Translations under genes and position numbers: made by a program
Part shown: piece by piece, positions 18,025 through 24,375 of the stretch
Numbering within the stretch: the first letter of the stretch is position 1
Layout of the letters: every line of letters starts with the position of its first letter
Notes under the pieces: model-generated
The model's input: only the letters and a program-made list of their open reading frames with translations
Told to the model about the DNA's origin: nothing
Database searches by the model: none
Origin: Burkholderiales bacterium
GTDB lineage: Bacteria; Pseudomonadota; Gammaproteobacteria; Burkholderiales; JALYOK01
Length of the DNA: 24,375 nt
Direction: 5' to 3'
NCBI GenBank assembly: GCA_039917535.1
Contig: JBDSJK010000419.1
Coordinates: 1 to 24,375, forward strand

Positions 18025-19038
18025 ATGGCAATCAAAGTAGCAATCAACGGTTATGGCCGCATCGGCCGCAATATTTTACGCGCGCTTTATGAAGGAAAGC
18101 GTACCGATGAAATCCAAATCGTCGCGATCAACGACTTGGGCAATGCGGAAACGAATGCCCATCTGACCCGTTACGATACGGCCCACGGACCATTCCACGG
18201 CACGGTCGCGGTAGAAGGCGATCACATGGTGGTTAATGGTGACAAGATCAAAGTCTACGCCGTGCGCAATCCCGCCGAGATTCCTTGGGGCACCCACGAT
18301 GTCGACGTGGTGCTCGAGTGCACCGGCCTGTTCACCAGCAAAGAAAAAGCCTCAGCCCACATCCGCGGCGGCGCGAAAAAAGTCATCATCTCCGCGCCCG
18401 GCGGCAAGGACATGGACGCGACCGTGGTCTACGGCGTGAACCACAACACGATCAAGGCCAGCCACGAGGTGATTTCAAACGCTTCCTGCACAACTAACTG
18501 CTTGGCGCCCATGGCGAAAGTGTTGCATGAGAAAATCGGCATTGTCACTGGCTTGATGACCACGATCCACGCTTATACCAACGATCAAGTATTGACCGAT
18601 GTCTATCACGAAGACCTGCGTCGAGCGCGGTCGGCGACGATGTCCATGATCCCCACCAAGACCGGCGCCGCCGCCGCAGTGGGCCTGGTGCTGCCGGAAC
18701 TGAACGGCAAGCTGGACGGTTACGCCATGCGCGTGCCGACCATCAATGTGTCGGTGGTCGATTTGTCATTCATCGCCGCTCGCGACACCACGGTGGACGA
18801 AGTCAACGGCGCAGTCAAAGAAGCATCGGAGAAGCCCGAATGGAAAGGCGTGTTGGGCTACAACCTAGCGCCGCTGGTGTCGGTGGACTTCAATCACAAC
18901 TCACACTCGTCGATCTTTGATGCAACGCTGACGAAAGTTTCCGGACGGCTGGTGAAAGCCTCCAGTTGGTACGATAATGAATGGGGCTTTAGTAATAGAA
19001 TGCTAGATACGACGATCGCGTTGATGAACGCAAACTAA
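18025..19038 (+). CDS. gap: Type I glyceraldehyde-3-phosphate dehydrogenase
   Basis: Real start is ATG 18025 (SD GGAG): INGYGRIGR, catalytic [25 protein letters not shown]. Confidence 0.98.
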   Translation: MAIKVAINGYGRIGRNILRALYEGKRTDEIQIVAINDLGNAETNAHLTRYDTAHGPFHGTVAVEGDHMVVNGDKIKVYAVRNPAEIPWGTHDVDVVLECTGLFTSKEKASAHIRGGAKKVIISAPGGKDMDATVVYGVNHNTIKASHEVISNASCTTNCLAPMAKVLHEKIGIVTGLMTTIHAYTNDQVLTDVYHEDLRRARSATMSMIPTKTGAAAAVGLVLPELNGKLDGYAMRVPTINVSVVDLSFIAARDTTVDEVNGAVKEASEKPEWKGVLGYNLAPLVSVDFNHNSHSSIFDATLTKVSGRLVKASSWYDNEWGFSNRMLDTTIALMNAN

Positions 19039-19066
19039 AGCATTAACCACGGGTTCTTGCCACGCC

Positions 19067-20245
19067 ATGACTATCCTGAAAATGACCGACCTGAACCTCG
19101 CTGGAAAGCGAGTGTTCATCCGCGCCGATCTTAATGTCCCGCAAGACGACGCGGGCAATATCACTGACGACACACGCATCCGGGCCTCCATTGCCGGCAT
19201 CCGGCTCGCGTTGGAAAAAGGCGCAGCCGTGATGGTGACGTCTCATTTGGGACGCCCCACGGAGGGTGAATTGCAGCCAGGAGATTCCCTTGCGCCGGTG
19301 GCGAAACGTTTGTCGGAGTTGTTAGGCAAGCCTGTTGCGCTAAAACAAAATTGGGTCGATGGTGTGGATGTGAATCCGGGCGAAGTGGTGATGCTAGAAA
19401 ACTGTCGCGTCAACAAAGGTGAAAAGAAAAACGATGACACGCTGGCGCAAAAAATGGCCGCGTTGTGTGACATTTACGTAAATGATGCGTTTGGATCGGC
19501 TCATCGCGCAGAAGCGACGACCCACGGCATTGCTAAGTTTGCGCCGATCGCATGCGCCGGCCCGCTGATGGCGGCGGAACTCGAGGCGCTGGGCAAAGCG
19601 TTAAGCAACACAAAACGCCCGTTGCTGGCTATTGTCGGTGGCTCGAAAGTTTCCACCAAGCTCACGGCGCTGAAAGCGCTGTCGGCGAAGGTCGATCAGC
19701 TTATTGTCGGCGGTGGTATCGCCAACACATTTATGCTCGCGGCAGGATTGAAAATTGGCAAGTCGCTGGTTGAAAAAGATCTGGTGCAGGAGGCAAAGGA
19801 CATCATCGCCGCCGCCAAGGCCAAGGGTGGCGAAGTGCCCATTCCCGTGGATGTCGTGACGGGAAAAGAATTCTCCGCGACTGCGGAAGCGACGGTAAAA
19901 GACGTCGAGGAAATCGAAGACGACGATATGATTTTCGACGTCGGCCCTATGACGATCCGCAACTATATGGACATTGTGCGCAAGGCGGGCACCATCGTAT
20001 GGAATGGCCCACTGGGCGTGTTCGAATTCGATCAATTCGGCAAAGGAACGGAATCACTTTCTATGACTATTGCAGCCGCGTCTGCGTTTTCCATCGCAGG
20101 GGGTGGCGACACCGTCGCGGCCGTGGCGAAATACGGCGTGACCAAACAAATTTCTTATATCTCGACAGCGGGCGGTGCGTTCCTCGAATTTCTCGAAGGC
20201 AAGACATTGCCGGCGGTGGAAATCTTGGAGCAGCGCGCGAAATGA
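19067..20245 (+). CDS. pgk: Phosphoglycerate kinase
   Basis: [59 protein letters not shown]. Confidence 0.98.
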   Translation: MTILKMTDLNLAGKRVFIRADLNVPQDDAGNITDDTRIRASIAGIRLALEKGAAVMVTSHLGRPTEGELQPGDSLAPVAKRLSELLGKPVALKQNWVDGVDVNPGEVVMLENCRVNKGEKKNDDTLAQKMAALCDIYVNDAFGSAHRAEATTHGIAKFAPIACAGPLMAAELEALGKALSNTKRPLLAIVGGSKVSTKLTALKALSAKVDQLIVGGGIANTFMLAAGLKIGKSLVEKDLVQEAKDIIAAAKAKGGEVPIPVDVVTGKEFSATAEATVKDVEEIEDDDMIFDVGPMTIRNYMDIVRKAGTIVWNGPLGVFEFDQFGKGTESLSMTIAAASAFSIAGGGDTVAAVAKYGVTKQISYISTAGGAFLEFLEGKTLPAVEILEQRAK

Positions 20246-20315
20246 CGCATCGAGCCTAACTCTCACCGGCAAGTGCCTAGCAATCGCTTAGTCGCCAACT
20301 TCTGGGCCTGTACAC

Positions 20316-21761
20316 ATGTTACGTAAAACCAAAATCGTCGCGACTCTGGGGCCCGCATCCAGCGACACCGCCACGCTGACCCGCATGGTCGAAGCGGGCG
20401 TCGATGTGGTGCGCATGAATTTTTCTCATGGCACCGCGAAAGAACACGGCGAGCGTGTGGCGAATGTTAAGTCGATTGCACGCAACCTTGGCCGTACCGT
20501 CGGCATTCTGGTCGATTTGCAAGGCCCGAAGATCCGTATCGGAAAGTTCAAAGACGGCAAAGTAACCCTGTCACCGGGCGACAAATTTATTCTTGATGCC
20601 CGCTGTGCTGTGGGTAGTGACGGGCGCGTCGGGCTCGATTACAAAGAATTGCCGCGCGATGTGTCGCCCGACGATATTTTGCTGCTGGACGATGGCCGAC
20701 TTGAGTTCCACGTCACGGCGGTTAAGGGCGAGGAAATTCACTGCGTGGTCGTGCGCGGCGGCGTGCTCTCGAACAACAAAGGCATCAATCGCAAAGGCGG
20801 TGGCTTGACGGCGCCCGCGCTCACGGAAAAAGACAAGGCAGACATCATCACAGCCGCGGAGTTGCAGGCAGATTTTCTTGCGGTATCGTTCCCCCGCTCG
20901 GGCGCGGACATGTTGTACGCTCGCGGACTGATGCGCGACGCGGGCGGCAAGGCGCTGTTAGTCGCAAAGATCGAACGCGCCGAAGCCGTAACGGCGTTGG
21001 ATGAAATCCTCGATGCCAGCGACGCGATCATGGTGGCGCGCGGCGATCTCGCCGTGGAAGTCGGCGATGCGGTGGTGCCTGCTTTGCAGAAACGTATGAT
21101 CCGCGCGGCGCGGCTGAAGAATAAACTCGTCATCACCGCCACGCAAATGATGGAGTCGATGATTTCGAGTCCGGTGCCGACACGCGCAGAAGTGTCCGAT
21201 GTGGCGAACGCCGCGATCGACGGCACGGACGCGGTCATGTTGTCTGCGGAAACCGCCGCTGGGCAATTTCCCGTGGAAGCAGTCGAGGCCATGGTGCGCG
21301 TATTGCTGGAGGCTGAAAAGGAAAAGCTCGACTCAATGGATCGACGCTTAACGATCCATTCCGATTCCGGGGGTGTGGAAGCAGCCATTGCCCACGCAGC
21401 GATCTACACGGCAAATCACCTACCCGTGCGCGCGATAGTTGCACTCACCCATAGCGGGAAAACCGCCTTGCTGATGTCGCGCATGAACGCCGATGTGCCT
21501 ATCTACGCGTTGTCGCCGTCCATTGAAACGCGCCGCAAAGTCACGCTTTTCCGCGGTGTTTACCCGGTGCGCTTTAAGCACACGACCGTTGATCCGGAAG
21601 AGATCATGAACCTTGCGGAAGAAGACCTACTGAAACGCCAGGCCGTCCAAGAGAGCGACTTGATCGTCCTCACCATCGGCGAACCCATCGGCAAACCCGG
21701 TGGGACGAACACCATGAAAATTATTAAGATTGGTAACATAAGTAATTCATTTTCTAAATAA
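20316..21761 (+). CDS. pyk: Pyruvate kinase (PykA/type II-like)
   Basis: RKTKIVATLGPAS, RMNFSHG, DLQGPKIR, AKIER, MVARGDL.VE, TQMMESM, DGTDAVMLSAETA. Confidence 0.97.
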   Translation: MLRKTKIVATLGPASSDTATLTRMVEAGVDVVRMNFSHGTAKEHGERVANVKSIARNLGRTVGILVDLQGPKIRIGKFKDGKVTLSPGDKFILDARCAVGSDGRVGLDYKELPRDVSPDDILLLDDGRLEFHVTAVKGEEIHCVVVRGGVLSNNKGINRKGGGLTAPALTEKDKADIITAAELQADFLAVSFPRSGADMLYARGLMRDAGGKALLVAKIERAEAVTALDEILDASDAIMVARGDLAVEVGDAVVPALQKRMIRAARLKNKLVITATQMMESMISSPVPTRAEVSDVANAAIDGTDAVMLSAETAAGQFPVEAVEAMVRVLLEAEKEKLDSMDRRLTIHSDSGGVEAAIAHAAIYTANHLPVRAIVALTHSGKTALLMSRMNADVPIYALSPSIETRRKVTLFRGVYPVRFKHTTVDPEEIMNLAEEDLLKRQAVQESDLIVLTIGEPIGKPGGTNTMKIIKIGNISNSFSK

Positions 21762-21839
21762 AAAGGGCGCGACGGTGAGCCGCACCCAGTGCAGATGCGC
21801 GGCAAGGCGAAGCCGACAAAGTATTTTTTGATTTAGAAA
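21751..21839. mobile_element. 89-bp MITE-like element with 14-bp terminal inverted repeats overlapping the pyk stop codon
   Basis: TTTCTAAATAAAAA (21751-21764) versus reverse complement of 21826-21839, TTTCTAAATCAAAA: 13/14. The AT-rich ends enclose a GC-rich core. Confidence 0.55.
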
Positions 21840-21865
21840 TGGAATAACACGCAAAGGAGCTACCT

Positions 21866-22930
21866 ATGCCACTCGTATCTATGCGACAACTACTCGACCA
21901 TGCGGCGGAAAACGGTTACGGCCTGCCCGCGTTTAACGTCAACAATCTCGAACAGGTGCAAGCCATCATGGAAGCGGCGAACGAAGTCAATTCGCCGGCG
22001 ATCATGCAGGCGTCCGCCGGCGCGCGGAAATATGCCGGCGGCAATTTTCTGCGCCACCTGATCGAAGCAGCGGTGGAAACCTATCCGCACATTCCCGTTG
22101 TCATGCACCAAGACCACGGCCAATCGCCGGCGGTGTGCCTGACGGCGATACGCTCCGGCTTCTCGTCGGTGATGATGGATGGCTCACTGATGGCGGACGG
22201 CAAAACCGTTGCCGAGTATGAGTACAACGTCGAAGTCACGAAAGAAGTCACGCGCATGGCCCACGCGATCGGCGTCACGGTCGAAGGTGAACTCGGCTGC
22301 CTCGGCTCGCTGGAAACCATGAAAGGCGACAAAGAAGACGGCCACGGCGCGGAAGGCACCATGACCCGCGAGATGCTGTTGACGGATCCGAACCAAGCGG
22401 CGGAATTTGTCGACCTCACGCAATGCGATGCGCTTGCCATCGCCATCGGCACGTCCCACGGCGCGTACAAATTTTCGCGCAAACCGACGGGTGATATTTT
22501 GGCGATCGAGCGCATCAAAGAGATTCATAAGCGCATTCCGAACACGCATTTGGTCATGCACGGTTCATCCAGCGTGCCGCAAGATCTGCTCGAGATCATT
22601 CGCGCGAACGGTGGCGAAATGAAGGAAACCTACGGCGTGCCGGTGGAAGAAATTCAGGAGGGCATTAAGCACGGCGTGCGCAAAATCAACATCGACACCG
22701 ACATACGCCTCGCCATGACGGCGGCGATCCGTAAGTTCCTGAACGAGAAAAAATCCGCGTTCGACCCACGCGATTATTTAAAGCCTGCACGGGAAGCCGC
22801 CAAGCTAATTTGTAAGCAGCGCTACGAGCAATTCGGCTGTGCCGGTCAAGCGGGAAAAATCAAAGCCATGCCGCTGGAAAAAATGGCGGATCGCTATAGC
22901 AAGGGCGAATTGAAGGCCGTTATCCACTAA
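21866..22930 (+). CDS. fba: Class II fructose-bisphosphate aldolase (CbbA/Fba type)
   Basis: [65 protein letters not shown]. Confidence 0.97.
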   Translation: MPLVSMRQLLDHAAENGYGLPAFNVNNLEQVQAIMEAANEVNSPAIMQASAGARKYAGGNFLRHLIEAAVETYPHIPVVMHQDHGQSPAVCLTAIRSGFSSVMMDGSLMADGKTVAEYEYNVEVTKEVTRMAHAIGVTVEGELGCLGSLETMKGDKEDGHGAEGTMTREMLLTDPNQAAEFVDLTQCDALAIAIGTSHGAYKFSRKPTGDILAIERIKEIHKRIPNTHLVMHGSSSVPQDLLEIIRANGGEMKETYGVPVEEIQEGIKHGVRKINIDTDIRLAMTAAIRKFLNEKKSAFDPRDYLKPAREAAKLICKQRYEQFGCAGQAGKIKAMPLEKMADRYSKGELKAVIH

Positions 22931-22942
22931 TTCATAACCCTT

Positions 22943-22975
22943 AACGTCATTCCAGTCGATCGCTGGAATGACGTT
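22943..22975. terminator. Perfect 13-bp hairpin after fba; probable operon terminator or REP remnant
   Basis: AACGTCATTCCAG-tcgatcg-CTGGAATGACGTT followed by T; shares GTCATT/AATGAC arms with the 15815-15904 element. Confidence 0.6.
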
Positions 22976-22981
22976 TCTGGA

Positions 22982-23010
22982 TTATCGCCCTCCCCAACAC
23001 GCGGTAAAAT
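22982..23010 (+). promoter_or_regulatory. Candidate sigma70 promoter for psiE-purC
   Basis: TTATCG-N17-TAAAAT just downstream of the hairpin; the -35 match is poor. Confidence 0.3.
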
Positions 23011-23032
23011 AGCGCCTTCTCAAGGGGATGTC

Positions 23033-23473
23033 ATGCAGCGCGGCTCAGTCTTGCACAGTAAGGTACATAACTTGTTCCGCCAAGGACTCGGGATTGTCGA
23101 GTACGTCGGGCTATTGGTCATCGGTTTCGCGACCACCATCGCCATGTACCAAGAAATCTTCGTCATGTGGCAAGCCCAACGCGTTGCACTGACAGATCTC
23201 TTGCTGATGTTCTTGTTTCTCGAAGTGCTGGCAATGATCGGCCATTACTTTTCTTCCGGGCAATTGCCGGTGCGCTTTCCACTTTATATCGCCATGGTCG
23301 CGCTCGCGCGCTACTTAATTTTGGACGCGAAGGAAATTACCGAATGGCGCATGCTCGCGGTGTCTGGTTCGATTCTATTGCTGACCTTGGCGGTTCTGGC
23401 GGTTCGCTACGGCCATGTGAAATTCCCCTATGAAAAGGATGGGGATTCGAATCGGCCTTACGTTAAGGAATAG
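23033..23473 (+). CDS. psiE: PsiE-family (phosphate-starvation-inducible E) membrane protein
   Basis: Four TM segments; DLLLMFLFLEVLAMIGHYFSSGQLPVRFPLYIAMVALARYLIL matches the PsiE core. Confidence 0.85.
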   Translation: MQRGSVLHSKVHNLFRQGLGIVEYVGLLVIGFATTIAMYQEIFVMWQAQRVALTDLLLMFLFLEVLAMIGHYFSSGQLPVRFPLYIAMVALARYLILDAKEITEWRMLAVSGSILLLTLAVLAVRYGHVKFPYEKDGDSNRPYVKE

Positions 23474-24361
23474 ATGGCCACCCTATTCGAATCCAACATC
23501 GACAGCTTGCCGCTGATCGCCCGCGGCAAAGTGCGCGATATCTATGCGGTGGGCGAAGATAAATTGCTCATCGTCACCACCGACCGCTTGTCCGCTTTTG
23601 ATGTCATCATGCCCACGCCGATTCCCGGCAAAGGCGAAGTGCTGACCGAGCTTGCGAATTTTTGGTTCGACAAGCTCAAATACATCATTCCCAATCATTT
23701 GACAGGCACCCCCCCGGAGAGCCTTGTCCAGAGCGGCGAACGAGCACAAGTGGCCGGACGGGCAATGGTGGTGCGGCGTTTCAAGGCGCTGCCGGTTGAA
23801 GCCGTGGTACGCGGCTATATCGAAGGTGGCGGCTGGAAAGAATATTTGGAGAAAGGCAGCGTGTGCGGGATCCGATTACCCGCCGGATTGCAGCGCGCAC
23901 AACAACTCCCGGAGCCGATCTTTACGCCGTCGACCAAAGCGGAAACCGGCACCCATGACGAAAATATTTCTTTCGCGGAGACGGAAAAATTGATCGGCCC
24001 CGCGCTCGCGGCGCAGGTGCGCGATATGGCGATCGGGTTGTACAAAGAAGCGAGCCAATACGCGCTTACGCGCGGCATCATCATCGCCGACACCAAGTTC
24101 GAATTCGGTTTAGACGATGCGGGAAAACTCTATCTCATCGACGAAGCGCTCACGCCCGACTCGTCGCGCTTTTGGCCACAAGAAAGTTACAAGGTCGGCA
24201 CCAGCCCGGAAAGTTTCGACAAACAATTCGTGCGCAACTGGCTCGAATCGATCAACTGGAACAAGAAACCACCCGCGCCGGAGTTGCCCGGTGACGTCGT
24301 AGTGCGGACCGCCGCGAAATACCGCGAGGCGTTGACCCGCTTAGTTGGAACTTCCCTGTAG
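23474..24361 (+). CDS. purC: Phosphoribosylaminoimidazole-succinocarboxamide (SAICAR) synthase
   Basis: [59 protein letters not shown]. Confidence 0.97.
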   Translation: MATLFESNIDSLPLIARGKVRDIYAVGEDKLLIVTTDRLSAFDVIMPTPIPGKGEVLTELANFWFDKLKYIIPNHLTGTPPESLVQSGERAQVAGRAMVVRRFKALPVEAVVRGYIEGGGWKEYLEKGSVCGIRLPAGLQRAQQLPEPIFTPSTKAETGTHDENISFAETEKLIGPALAAQVRDMAIGLYKEASQYALTRGIIIADTKFEFGLDDAGKLYLIDEALTPDSSRFWPQESYKVGTSPESFDKQFVRNWLESINWNKKPPAPELPGDVVVRTAAKYREALTRLVGTSL

Positions 24362-24375
24362 CGGGCTGCTGAGGA

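Noticed and set aside
15891-18047. Long antisense ORFs (15891-16802, 17286-18047) and similar ones opposite or within yheS, ilvA, cbbL, pgk, pyk and fba
   Set aside because: Shadow ORFs expected from GC-rich codon bias in highly conserved genes; no recognisable motifs.
20254-20295. GCCTAAC...CTTAGTC in the pgk-pyk spacer as an integron attC site
   Set aside because: The right core lacks GTTRRRY, the length is below typical attC size, and there is no cassette or integrase context.

Overview
A mostly core-chromosome window from a probable betaproteobacterial facultative autotroph; the taxonomy is inferred from gene order (argA-yggX, ilvA/rpiA-phoU, tkt-gap-pgk-pyk-fba-psiE-purC). The main feature is a Calvin-Benson-Bassham cluster: divergent cbbR plus cbbL-cbbS-cbbX-cbbF-cbbP (red-type form I RuBisCO), joined directly to tkt-gap-pgk-pyk-fba. 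A three-box CbbR operator is visible upstream of cbbL. The left part holds housekeeping genes (argA end, yggX, yheS-like ABC-F, phoU with a clear Pho-box promoter, rpiA, ilvA, rsgA) and a small accessory patch at about 0.6-2.9 kb. That patch has a truncated amino-acid-binding protein gene and a two-gene membrane module resembling a shortened mycobacterial arfA/arfB pair. Many intergenic spaces contain small palindromic or MITE-like elements of several unrelated types. One is a 68-nt twin-hairpin element present twice with a compensatory base-pair change, and two overlap the stop codons of neighbouring genes. No CRISPR, rRNA, tRNA, transposase or integrase was seen. All family assignments come from reading motifs, not from database searches.
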